Assembly: GCA_036172245.1 (NCBI GenBank)
Contig: JAYWIR010000035.1
Span: 806,001-870,000 of the forward strand
Source of the DNA: Raillietiella orientalis
Lineage: Eukaryota
DNA: 64,000 bases
Direction of reading: 5' to 3'
Shown here: positions 26,301 through 39,000 of the stretch, piece after piece
Position numbering within the stretch: position 1 is the first letter of the stretch
How the letters are laid out: every line of letters begins with the position of its first letter
Notes under the pieces: generated by a model
Seen by the model: the letters and a program-made list of their open reading frames with translations, nothing else
What the model was told of the DNA's origin: nothing
Database searches by the model: none
Made by a program: the position numbers and the translations under genes

Positions 26301-29300
26301 GTGAACTTTGTCCCACTCCCAGTCCGGCGACCGCCCGTCCCGTCGTCCTGCGCCCCGCCTGGAAGAGCCGTCCCAGGAAGAGGATGACGGGGGTCCATTC
26401 TGCAGGGTGCAGGCGGGGAGGGGAGCGGTTTCCAGGAAGCTCCGCGGCCTAACACTGGGGGCAGAGCAACCAGAAGACCTGGAAGACGGGAGGGGCACCC
26501 ACGGGAAACTCCCGAAGTCGGAGGAACCTCGGGCGGCCAGCAGGACGTCCAGAAGCTTTCTGGGTTCCTTGAGAATGGGGAGACCGGAGGGATCCGGGAA
26601 CTCTCCCCAGGAGACTCCTACCCTGGGAGCTCTGAGAGCGGCGCCCTCGGGACATATGGGCAACCCTGCTTCCTCGGAACTTCTCGGGACCCTGCGCGAT
26701 CCGAGGAAGGGCGGAAGCAGCGCTGTCCTCGGCGAATGTCCTCCCCCATTCCTTCGTTCCTGTTGGTTCCCTGCGAGGGAGGAGGGGGGAGTAAACTGCT
26801 GGGTCTTGCCCGCAGATAGACCTCGGGCAGGTCCTGGGAAGAATTTCCTGCTCCGGCGCGCTCCGTCTCCCTCCCTTCGCTCCCTCCCCCGGGCGGTCCG
26901 CCTCTTCGGACTTCCGCCACCTTCTACGCTCCCTCAGGAATGGGGGGAGCTTCCTGGGGATCGGCATCTTCGGCTCCGTCTCTGGACCAGCAGACCCATC
27001 CTCGCCACAGGCCCCGGCGACACGGCTTCCAAAGACGCGGAAGGCGAGCCAACGCGTCCTCGACCGGAGAGGTTCAAGGACACCCCCAAGGGACTGCCAT
27101 CCCGCCTTTCCCCGATTCTTCCTCCTCCTCCTCATCTTCCTCTCCCCATCCTGAGGAGAGGTGTCTGACTCCAGGCTCATGGAGGCTGCCGCGTTCCGGT
27201 ACCTCTATCGTCCCCTGTGAGACTTCCGTCCAGCTCCTCTCCTCTCTTCCGTCCCTCTCGGCGAACTCACGGGAACCAGGGCGTTGGAGAAACCGCAGGA
27301 GGAGGAGAGTGGAAGGCAGCGGCCTCGAACGAGGGTTGACAAGAGGGAAGAGGGAGGTGGATGCGTGCGCCTCGTGCGTCTCCCAGCGGGCAGCGAGGAA
27401 ACCCTCCGGACTTTCCCTTTCCCCTCCCTCCCCCCTTAGGCGGTCCCGGAGCTGCTCGAGGTGATCCAGTTAGATCCAGGAAGGCGATCCGGTAAGCACA
27501 GGGATGTGGAAAGGTCGCGCCCCGCACAGCCGCGAAAGGGTGCCTTCGGAATGGGGGCGCGGGCGTCCTCGTTCTCCCTTCCTCCCGCCACGCTTCATCC
27601 CCTGCAATTCCCAGAAGCTGTCCTGGAAGGCGAAGGGCTGCGGGTGGCAGCCCAGGGAACGGGTATCGCATCCCGGGAGGATGGGGTTTGGAAGCGGACG
27701 GTCCGCCGAGCAGGGTGCAGCCCTTGGAGCCGGGAGGAGGGAGGATTCTGTTTCCGATCATGGGAGGGAAGAAGAGTGACCCTTCGGAAGCTAACCTCCT
27801 ACCTGTCCACCCTCGGAACCGTCCCTCCCCACGAAGTGTCGGGAGTTTCCCGCGCTCCAAGGAAGTCCTGGGGCGGCCGTCCCAGAGCTGTCGGATTCTC
27901 GCCCCAGAACGGGGTCCCCCCTTCGCGGGATGGGCCGAGGAGGGGAGAACCCTGTCCCTGGGGGCAGAAATATTGTGCACTCCCATGGCAATAGACCCCG
28001 GTGACGAGCGCGCAGCTCGACCTTTCTCTACCGCCGCCGCTACGGAGTTCGCGTGGGGACCCGCAGGTGCCACCGGGAGGGAATTCGGGAGGAAGGACGC
28101 ATTCCGCGGGGCATACCTCCTGCTACCTACGATACTGCCCGTGCGCAAGGCTACCTCCTGCTGCCGTTGGCACGTAAACGCCGCAGGAGGCGCGTGCCGG
28201 CTAGCGGCGGCGGGCAGGAGGCTCAGATGGGAGAAAACCGCCGCTGCGAGACACTCGCGGCCGGCAACCTCGTTTCTTTGATGACCGGATGCCCTCTCGT
28301 CCGGCGCGCCAGGCGTGCCGGAAATGCGTGCGAAGGCGTTCCAGAAGCGGAGGAGGGGAGGAAGGGTGGGGTGTGGAAACCTCCTGGCCGATCCCCACCT
28401 GGAGGCCCTCCTCTGGAGTCTCTCTCCGCCCCTTTCCTCGCCAGGGGACAGGTGCCCACCTCCCCCCTTCCCCCGCAGACCTGCTGTCGCGCCGCCTTCC
28501 CCACCTCCCACCTCCGGAGGGCCCCGCAGTTTCGGATTTCCGGCCCCCGGGACGGGGGTCCGCGGTTTCTTCGGCGACTTCGAGGCCGCACGGCGCCTCT
28601 GTGCCCTTGGATGCTGAGAGGTTCGGCCCGCAAAAGGAGGAGGATGCGATAGGTGGGCGAGGAAGCGCTCGCTCTCCTGGCTGAGCCCAGGGACAGCAAG
28701 CAGGCAGCGGGAGGGGGTCCAGGGAGGCCCCCCGGGGGGAACTCGCGCTACGGCATGGAGCCTGCAGCCCTTTCGCTCTCCGTCCCCCCAAGGAAGCCGG
28801 CTCGGGGGAAGTAACGAGGAGGAGGAGGTCGCTGGGGTCTCCGGACATCCGCAAAAGGAGGAAGAAGAGAGGATGACAGTGACTGTGTTCCAATGTCCAC
28901 GGTTGTTGCTCTGGAGACGACGGCTCCTGAAACCCCGGTGGGAAGAGAAGTAGGGACTTCCTTTTGGGTGTGAAGCTCTGAGCAGGCATGGGGGCAGCCA
29001 TGCAGGCTCCCAGAAAGCGGCGGGTCCAGTGGTTGCGGCAGCAGCAGCTTCGAGAGAGAGAGAGAGAGAGGTCACGAGAGAGAGGATGTCCCCAGGGATC
29101 GTACCGCCCTCCCGGAGGCCGGTAACATTCGGAAAGTCGCGAAGGGACGAGCGAACAGGCGGAGGGGGGAGGGAGATCGCCATGAAGCCACCTGACGCCT
29201 CCGCTCTGCAGCTGTCGGTCCGCGCCTGAGGTCGGGGAGTGGCAGCGAGTGGAGGTGCCGGAGGGGAGGAGGAGGAGGAAGAGGAGGGTGGGGAAGCCGA

Positions 29301-32300
29301 GCGCGCGTGCTACAGAGAGAACCCGCAGCAGCGGCAGCAGCCGGTAACCGGGCAACGACTCGTGCCCCTTTCCCCCTCCCTCTGCGTGGATCATCCATCC
29401 GGACCGGACACATCGAGGTAGCGCGTTCTCTGGGGCAGCATCGTTTCGTATGCTCACGTGAGTACCGGGAGGGGGACGGGTGGAGCCGAATGAGGAGGGG
29501 GGTGGAGGTAGAAGTCCGGACGACTCGCGCTCTTCGGCTCCCGCGTTTCGGAAGGCGGCGGTCTCGCCGAGACCTTGACAACCCTGGCGGAGGAAAAGGA
29601 GGACAGGCCGCACACCTGGACGCTCTACCTTCCGCTTACTGTCCCGAGAGTCCTTCTCTGCGGAGGGGGGTCCAGAAGAAGAGCGCCTGCGGGCGGAACA
29701 AGCTGGCCGGTAACCCCTACCCCTCCCTCGGGGGTTGTCTCCAGGGTCATCCAGCGAGGTAGGGCGGGGAAGGATCTCGAGAGAGAAAATGAGGAAGGAG
29801 GAGAGCGGGAAGAGCAAGAGGGAGCTCTCCCGCAAGTTCCGCGAGACGATGACGACACCGTCGTCATGGAGGCGGGGCCTCCATCAGAAGGAGGTCATCG
29901 CCGCTGCCAGGTGGGACGCCGCCTCCGGCACTGTGAGCGGTCCTCGCGTCGAGGCAGTATCGCTGCTTTTTTTTCTTTGCATCTTCAGCTCTCTCTTCCC
30001 CCCTTCCCTTCCACCTATCCCCTTCCCCGTCGGCGCTTGTCCTAGAGACTACGGTAGAAGCGGTCGCCACCTCCAGACGGTCCTTTGAGGAGAGAGACAA
30101 ACATCCTGTGTTCCTGCTGGAATGGAATGACAGCCGCAGCAGGATCGAACAGGGAAGCGACTCCGTGCGTGTTCGCCATGGGAACGGCCCTGTCCCTGCA
30201 CCACGAGTTGGTCCCTTCCCTCCCTTCGTTTCCCAGGAGACGTGATCCGCGCCGCGGCACGGTTTTCTCCGGATGCAGCTCCTCCCTTCCCCTTCTACAC
30301 GCTCCCGACGCCGCGTTTCTATGCGACAGCTCTTAGGGAATCCGCTTAGGGAACGACTGGGGATGCGCGAGGGCTGGCGGCTACAACCAAGGGGTGAAGG
30401 GGGAGGGGGAGGGGGAGGGAGCGATCGGGAAGGGGAAGGCCAGATCATTCCCGTCAGTGCGCTCACCGCAGCTCGCCTTCCACCCCTGCACCTCTCCGCT
30501 CCACTTCGAAGGCGGCGCGCCTCACAGGGTGGCAACGCGCTGAAACCCTTTTTTTTTTTTCCTTCTTCCGTCCCTAACCCCTCTGACCCGGATTCTTCGA
30601 ACCTCGCGAACGAGGTCAGAGTTGCCGGAACATAACGGCGCCTTCCAGAGGGTCGCCCTCTCCCCATTCTCGCTCCCGCCCTGCAGTTTACAGGGCGGAC
30701 GCTTCCCAGCTTCCTTTGCCCGCCCCCAGGGCATGAGAAGAGAGACAGCTGCAAGCAGCTCCGAGGGTCAGAGCGTGCGGTGCTCCGGGGGGGGGAATCG
30801 CGTTCGCCCGTCTGGACGGACGCTCCTGGATGAGGGCTCGCGGTTTCTCCGGGAGGGAGAGAGAGACAGCAGGCAGAGGAGGGTTTCCCTGGCAACAATA
30901 CTCCTACGTCCGCGGCATTGTGGGGCAGATTGAGTTCCGCTCCTCCACCCGAAGAGAAGCGCAAATCAGATGTGCGGTGGGGGAGCGTCAGACCCGCTCC
31001 AGGGACGCCCCTCGCCTCTTCGTCAGTCACGAGCGGGAACGCTTCCGGGATCCCCGCCAACCTCCCGCCTATCCTGGAGGCGTTCTGTGGAGGATTCCCA
31101 TCCTGTGGAGGCGTCATCTCCAGAAGGTTGTCCAGTTCGCGGGGAGACCCCCTGACACGCGGGTCCCCGCATATGCCGTACTGCCTGGCGAGAGTCCCAG
31201 AGCCCAAGGGCCGCGTTTCTACCCTTCCCGGGGGAGGGCGAAAAGCCAAGGAGGTCACGCGCGTCCCCGCGGCGCAAGGGAAGCGCCCAGCTGATGGTCA
31301 CCTCCTTTGAGGGTGAGAGGACTTCTTCTGGCCCGGAGGGAGGTCAGAAGAACGCCGTCGAGCAGATCCACCCGGACCTGGTAGGACCAGCGGCCTCTGA
31401 GCAAGCAGGAAAAGGGGGGTAAGACGGCGCACCCCTCTTTGCTGCCCGCTTGCGCCCGGAAGGGTGTGGTCCCGTGCGCGTTTCCTGTGCCCCCTTTCAG
31501 GAGGCCGGCGCCGAGGAGCAGCAGCATCCGCCGGAGCGGCAGGACCAGGACGGTCCCTTCGTCGGGACAGACTGTCTAGCGCTGACCACGAGAGAACGGT
31601 CCGCGGGGAGGGTGGGGTCGATTTCCTCCGGTGCGAAGCCCACGAAGTGCTGCGGAAGTCCACTGACGGGATCGTCCGCGTGCGCGAGCGAGCGAGATCG
31701 TGAGGGAGAATCAGGGGGCAGTCATCTCGAGAGAGCGTTGCCGGGGGAGCCTGCAGCGCCACATCTTCCTCCGAGCATTTGTCCTGGCTGCGGAACCGTT
31801 GCACGGCGGCCGAGGTTTGGCTCCAGGACGCCGCTGCGGTCCTTCCCTGGTCTCACAGCCTCCTCCCGCCCGCCTGCCCGTCTGTCCCACCCCGCCACGT
31901 ACTCCGACAGCAAGGCCGCGCGCGGTCGCCCTGCTGATCCGGAACGAATGGCGCGGGAGTTGACACCACGCCCGGCTCCGTGCCGAGGACACGTTGCCCC
32001 GCGGCGCGCGCGCTCCAAGGCCATTGGCTCCCGAGGATCTTGCCCAGGAGCCGCGCGCAACAGCGGAACAGGAACGGGAGTCGGCAGATACGGCGTGAGA
32101 GAGGAGAGCGGACGCCCTAGGTTTGGAGGAGGCGGTTTCCGAGGGAACGAGGACCGGAAAGGCAAGGAAAGTAGGTGGGATGGGCGGGAGGAGGCCAACA
32201 TTTGTGCTGGTGGCGTCGATGATGTAAGCAGGGAGCGCAGGGGGAAGTCGGCGGCCCATGACGGGATGAAGAGGTTTCTGTCTTCCCCTTCGCTCTCCTG

Positions 32301-34360
32301 AGCCGAGGGAGTGGCGTGGGCGTGGGGGCGCAGACTGACTCCCCTGGATCGAGTCGTCTCCGTCCCTTCCCTCTCTGAGAAAGAAAGTCAGCCTTGGAGT
32401 CAGGACGCACACAAAGAGCGCGGGGAGAGATTCGGCTGCCTGAGGGGCGGGACTTCCTGGACGCGAACGGTCGAAGAGGGAGGCTGCTGCCCCTGAATGC
32501 CCACTTCGGGGCCGGAGAGGGTGACTCAGTCCTCCGAGCCCCGGCAGCTGCTCGCACCTCCTCCTCCCAGCAGAGAGAGTGTTCTCCCTTTCCCCCACCC
32601 TACCCCTGCATACTCCCAATCGAGGCCCCAGCGAACCTGCCATTTTCGTCCCGAAGAGAAAGAGGGGAGGAGGGATGGTGGTGGTACCCCCCCGCTGCGC
32701 GTGTTCCCTTGTTTCCCTTATTCTTCTGCCTTCTCCTCCGCTTCCTCTCTCTTCAGCGGAGTGGACGATGCGCCGCTGCCGGGCCGCAGCACGGAGGACG
32801 AGGAGATGGGGAGGTCGGAAGGGAGTGGGGGAAAGGTGAATCGAGCAAGAGTTCAGGTGCATCCTTGTGCAGCGTGACAAGGGGGAAAAAGAGAACGGGA
32901 CGGAGAAACGGAGGACGGAGGCATTTCCAAGGAGATCCCCGGCGTCGTAATCCCGGCTACCAGCGATCTCGAGAGGCCCATCCTTACTCCGTCCCTTTCT
33001 CTCCGGACACCCAGACACGCTGCTTCAGCCCGCTTCATTTCGCTCCTAGCAGCTCGTCATTCCTGTGCTTCGCCATGGGATCTTCCCTGGTCGACGGCGG
33101 CCGTGAACCAGAGCCGAATTAGGCCCCTGCCGCTGAGGGCAGCCTTCATCGCCTATCCCATCTGCCCTCCTCAAGCGCGCGCTGTTCTCTAGAGAAGAGG
33201 ACTTCCTGTACCCCTCTGCCAGAGGGTGACGGGGGAGCAGTGAAGGCGCCTTTGGCTTCTGCTTGGACACTTCTCCCCCATCCCCCCATCCTCGCTTTCC
33301 ACCTTCGTCGAATCGCGCTCTGCCTCACGAAGACTTCCTCTGTCACCTCGCTCCCTGCAAGGAGACTTCTCTGCCCGTTCTAAGTTCCTCAGTTTGCCGA
33401 TAGCGGGGTCAGCCTGGGGACCTCCGGAGGCGGCGCCGCCTCTCTCTGTGTAAACGAAATCATTGTGACCGACGTGACTGTCTGTGACCCGATTCGCCGA
33501 GTTCTCTCTCGGTCCTCCCGTTGCAAAGCTCCGGGAGAGAGAGTGCGCGTGGGTGCTCGCTTCCTGCTTCCACCATGTCCTCCTCTCAGCGAGACCCAGT
33601 GGAACTTGTCCCCTTCCGGCTCGGGAGCCAGAAGTCCGCGGCGGTAGCTCCCCAAGTCTCCTGCAGTTGGCCCTCTGTTTAGAGAGAGGAAGGGGGGGAT
33701 TCTTTCCCTGCTGACGCTGCTGCCTCCTGCACCGGCTGTCGCTGACTCCAGACTCTTGTGGGTGAGCAGCGTGCGGCACAAACCCGCGACAGCGCCCGTG
33801 AGCTACCGCCGCCATCTTGCCGAACCCCCCCCCGAGTCGCCCGTGCACGCGCTGCCCGAGGCTGGTGTTGCCGATCGAGGAGCCACCGCAGAACTCCCGC
33901 ACCTTTCGGATCTCTCCCGGAGGCCCGTGGTCGTTCCTTTGGCAACAACGCATCCCCTTTGTGCTGCCTCTCTTCGTCGTTGTCATCAGCGACGCCTCAG
34001 TGGAGCGTTCGCTCCCACCATCTCAGCCCCACAGTTCCTCTTCCTCTTCCCCGTTCTTCCGGCAAAAGCCACTTGACAGTGGTGACCTCAGCAGAAAGAA
34101 CCCTTCCAGGGAGCCCCGCTCTTGCTCTCTCGTTGGCCGCCGGACGGAGGAGCCGAGCTTCCACAGCTCGACTGCAAGCGCCGGTTCCCGCGTACCTGTT
34201 CTGCGGGGGCGTTGTCCGTGTGAGCGGGATAAAGATAGGACGAGGTCCCTAAGGATGCCCCTATCCACGCAGGCGGTGGTGGGAGCATTCACTAACCCGC
34301 TCGGTGCGAATGCTTCTCTTCTTTCCGGTGCTGGATCGCTCAGGAGTCCCCTCAGGGATC

Positions 34361-34494
34361 TTTCTTCTCCTTTTCCTGCCTTCCCTTCCCCTTCTCCTTC
34401 TTTCTCCGATCTTCCTCCTTCTCCTTTCTCCTTTCTCTCTCCCTTCCCTTTCCTACTCCCTCCTCTTTCTTCCTGCCTTTCTCCTAACCTTCCC
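34361..34494. repeat. About 135-nt polypyrimidine/polypurine low-complexity tract
   Basis: Almost purely C/T on the plus strand, with only a few purines. Confidence 0.85.
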
Positions 34495-35989
34495 GAGCCC
34501 TGCTGATGGCAAGTCGATCACTCCCGGCGATGACGTATTCGAGTGGAACCGGAAGAAACGGCGGGGCCAGAGGTGACGGTGGCGAGGTCTGATGAGGCCC
34601 CGCTGCCCCTCGAGTCTATTAGCCGCCAGCGATCGCGTCGAAAATTGCCGCCGTCTCTCTTCCACTCCCTCTAGGTCTCCACCGCCCTCCGCTACCCTCT
34701 CCCTTCCACTTCCCATAATTCGAAACGGCCTCTTGCCTCATGGGCGGTTTCGCCGACCCAGGTGTCCGCCAGTCTTGAGCCCCGTCGCGCATTTCCTTCT
34801 TGTTTCCGGCACGGACGTCCTTCCAGCAGGCTGGTTTCTGGGTTTGCTGCTCCCACCCCGGGTCTCCGCGCCGTCCAGTTGGGTGCTCTTCGGACTCAAG
34901 CGCGGAAAGGCGAAGAAGTGAAGGCGTCACGGGTCTTTGTCGAGGGATTTCCTGTCCAAAGGCGATTGCGAATGTCTTTGCCGAAGGAAATCTGAAGGGA
35001 GGTCCGAATTTCCACCTCCGAAATGCGAGTCTGCGCCGAATCTGATGGCGTGGAGGGAGAGCAGTCCCAGGACAGTGTGACCTCTGTGGCCGGAAACCGT
35101 TGGCTGGTTTCCTTGCCGTGCCGAAATGTTGGTCGTGGTTTGGCACCAGGCCCGGATCGCTTTCTTTCCAGGAACGGCATCATCGCGGGAGTCGCAGAAG
35201 TATGTTGAATGGAAACCGGTTCAAAGTATGCAGCTCGATGTAAAAGGCGTGACCAATGAGAACCTCAGGTTGCCTTTCTTGACCCCGAGCACCTCAGTGA
35301 CGCGTTCTGCTTGTGAGAATGTTGCAGCGTTTTATCAAAGTGGTTCTGTGTCTGTTGTGAGTGTGTGCCTTGTCGATCGGAAACAGAGACATTCCATTTC
35401 TCAAACAGGGAAATGAAGGTTTAGTCATTTTAGGGACTGTTAGCCTGTTTTCTCCTTCCCTTTTTTTTTTTTTTTTTTTGGTACCCTCCCCCATTTTCTG
35501 TTTTAATCATCCGAAGACACATGGCAGATAAAAGACAAGAACATGCCCGGATCGGAAAAGCGCCGCTTTCTGATCCGTGACTATTTCCTCACGTGCTTGC
35601 TAAATGTGTTTACTGTCAAGGATGTACGCCTGAAAAATCGATCGTACGTCATCGATACTGTGAACCCAGATAAGTGCTGAAAATTGGACTGATAGCTCGG
35701 GCCCCGAATGGGCAAAACGAACGGGATGCGAAACAAAGCGTGGCGTTCCCAGTTCCACGCCCGCCGTTTCTTTCGGTTCCTTTCCCTCCCCCCCCTGAGG
35801 GGGAGGGGGAGGGAGGACTTTTCATGATCTCAGTGAGAATGAAAACCCCAAGGACAGCGGAAAGTAATCATACGCTCAAAATGAAAACAACAACACCGTC
35901 TCGTACACCGAGGCAAACAAGCACTGAAAATAAGATTGCTTATCTTAAGAATATGTATGAGAGCAGCAGCACCAAATACTGAAATATAT

Positions 35990-36048
35990 CCTCTCTCTCT
36001 CTCTCTCTACATGGATGGATGGATGGATGGATGGATAGATAGATAGAT
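35990..36048. repeat. Compound microsatellite (CT)n-(ATGG)n-(ATAG)n
   Basis: Directly visible ctctctctctctctctct ac atggatggatggatggatggatggatagatagatagat. Confidence 0.9.
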
Positions 36049-39000
36049 ATCACGTTTCGTAAGCGCAGCTAAACTTAGCATCGTTGTTCACTTCACCGAA
36101 TCAGCTAATTTTATATTCGCATAATTTCTCCTAATTAATTTCTGTTGTTCTCATATTCCAATATTAATTTGCTGGTTATGTAATCAGCGATAATCAATTT
36201 CTCATTTGTGCTACGCGGAGCGTACAGGAAATTGAATTTCCGGAAGTGCTTGCCATTTGCGGACGAGGAGGTTGCGTGTCTTTACAAAAGATGAGAGAAA
36301 TCACGTTCAACTGCAACCGAATAATGTGCAGCCTAAACGGTGTTTGAAATTATCTGTTTCAGTGCATATTTCTACACAGATGTGCAAATGTGTGTACAAA
36401 ACGTTAGTATACACATGTACACACATGCATGTCTGCGAATATCCACACGTGTGTGTGCGTGCACACACGTACATGCGTCCATTTGCATTGGGTATGGTTG
36501 ATGTGGTATTGCTGCTAGATTTTTCTCTTCATAAGCTGATTTGGGGGATGATCTCTGTTCACCATTTCATGCCCAATGTAAGATAAGGAGTAAGATGCTG
36601 TCCTGTTGCTGCTCCTGCCTTTTGGTTTCGGCTCCGATTGGAAACCAAAGAGCAGTTTTCATTATTTCCTTTGCACTGACCTCGTACAGGAACGTGCCTA
36701 AGTGTGCGACATTTCGAAAAAAAGTTGTAGGGTCAAAGGCATTCCAACAAAAATCTCGTTCCGAAGCATACCGTTGCTGGAGAGGAAGAATTCTCGACTT
36801 CAGCTGGTGCTTCAGCATTGCTATGTTTCATTTCATAACCACAACTGCACGACCGTACCAAGGTAACCAGTAGGTGATGCACACTACACTACACGCAAGG
36901 AAGGTAGCAACACAAAGTCCCCAAATAGGCAGCAGATACGTGATGTCGGGCTGTGTGCTTTTCTGTACTTGCATTATACACCGAACATGTGAAGCAAAAG
37001 CTTAGAGGCAGAAACCACAAAAAATTGAAGTCGCCTAATGATATGCTTTCTGTCTCTTTAAAAAGCACCCTTTAGGGATATCGAAAACTCAATTTGGACA
37101 CTGCTTTCGATTTCTCCTTTGCCGTTACTTGGATATCTTGATATCTGCATTTTTTTGTTTGTTTAGTTTCCGGCTTCTGTGCCTGTCTGTTGATGTAATT
37201 TAGGTCACGAGTAAACTATATGTACATAGCGACTTCTTACGAGCATTCTCCTTTCAAGATGAACACAGCGCCAATCTCTTTACACTTTTATCGGAAGTCA
37301 CACCTATATCGGGTCTTTCGTCGTGGTCTTTTTTTACTGTCTTTTGCCGCATGCGGCGCACCCGATCGGTTTATCGGTCATAGGTATCATGGCAAAGACA
37401 GTTCCGTTTTTGAGACTATCTTATTGGGGGGAAATGGGGAAATATTAAGGCTCTATATCTAAAATTTTCATAACCTCAAGCGTTGTTAACTAATGCAACA
37501 TGTCCTCCATGTGTCCTCATCTATCTCGAACTTTGTGTTACCAGTTTGTGGGTTTCCATGTTACTGCTGAAAAGCCGGTCTTTGGGTCATCCATTGCAAG
37601 TTCGAAAGTACTTTTTCAATTTCGTACTCAGTCCTACCATTCAATCTAAAGAGCTTGGTTCCCTAAAGTTGCTTCCTTGGAGCTTCAGAAATGAAAGTTG
37701 AATGGAACCTGGAATCTTAAAATGGCATCAAGATATTTATCAAGCCATGAAACTTTCAAGTTTTCTCGTCTTTCGTAGGATCAAAGTGATCTTCGGGTTT
37801 GGTTCCTGTGACAGAAGAAAGGCATTGAGCAATTTTAACATATCTGACGAATTTTTCTTCTTCAAGTCTTCTAGCTTATGGTTTCTTACCATTTAAAGTT
37901 CTGTTTGGTGCTCTCTGAGCTAATCTGAGGAGATTGGGGAGCATCCGGGAAGTACCGCCCGATACCGATTTCCGGGCCGGGAGCCCGCTCCCCTCCCTTC
38001 CCGCCTTCCTTGGGAACCGGAGGGGCAGCCCTGTCCTTGCTCTTTCCGAGCGTGGTTCACCTCTCCCTCGTTTCCTCTGCGACCGCCCCTAGGGACTCTT
38101 CGACTTGCCCCCGGTCCCTCCTTCATCATCCTTTCCCTAGGAGGATGCCTGAGGTCCCGAAAGATGGGGAGGGAGAATAGGGGAAGCGTTCAGGCGGAAA
38201 GCGCCCAGGTTCCCTCTCGGCTCCCCTGCGGACGGCTGCGCTTCCCGGCGGCATCGCCAGGCAAAAGCGAGCGCTTGCTTCTCCCGTGCCTCGACCACAT
38301 GCTGATGATTCCGAGTTTCTTTCTTACTGTTTTCCTGTCATCTTCGTTCGGGATGCTGTTGAAGGTGCTGTTCCTCAAAAAGAAAAAAAAAAAAGAAAAA
38401 GCTAACATTCCGTTCAAAGTCGCAAGATGCCATGCGTTCTTGTCACTTGGAAGCCACAGCTGTTATTGCTGAGATCCAATGTGAAGCGTTGCTCCACGAT
38501 ACTGCTCTGGGTATCAGCTGATATGGTATTGTGATTCCAGCTGGTGAGCAGCCGCTGCATTTAGAACTTACTCATTCATACTAAAAAAGGTCTACTTTTT
38601 GTGTTCCTATACTTTTTCTGCTAGATCTTTGTATCTTTGTTGCCTTGAAGTCATAATCTTCGGACCAATGCCCAAGTATTCCAAAGTTTCGCATCTTATG
38701 GTAGTCCTGTGCGCTGCTTTGCTTTTTTGATCGCATGGTACCTTCTGGAGATCTCTCCCTGCTCAATTTCTACTTCTATTGATTTGCAGCTTGCTTGCAA
38801 CATTTTCAGCCGCAAAACAAATTATGCACTCTAGAGAATCAAGAGATTTTCCGAATCTTTGAGCTTACTCGTTCTTCACTTTGTTCTGGGAAATTTTCCA
38901 TGTCCACTTGTCCACTTGTCTGAGAAGAGCGCAGTTTATCAATACAATGTTCGTGGGAAGAGAAGGCTAATGGAAATGTGGCTCACCGTCAAGGAACGGG

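Noticed and set aside
26300..34500. Long ORFs of 240-638 aa (e.g. 27267-29183, 28201-29835, 29864-31258, 31711-33018)
   Set aside because: They overlap in several frames on both strands, are dominated by P/R/G/A/S and show no recognisable domain. They are expected from stop-codon scarcity in very GC-rich DNA.
38470..38490. TGAGATCCAATGTGAAGCG, loosely bantam-like
   Set aside because: Several mismatches including near the seed, and only a poor hairpin with the upstream sequence.
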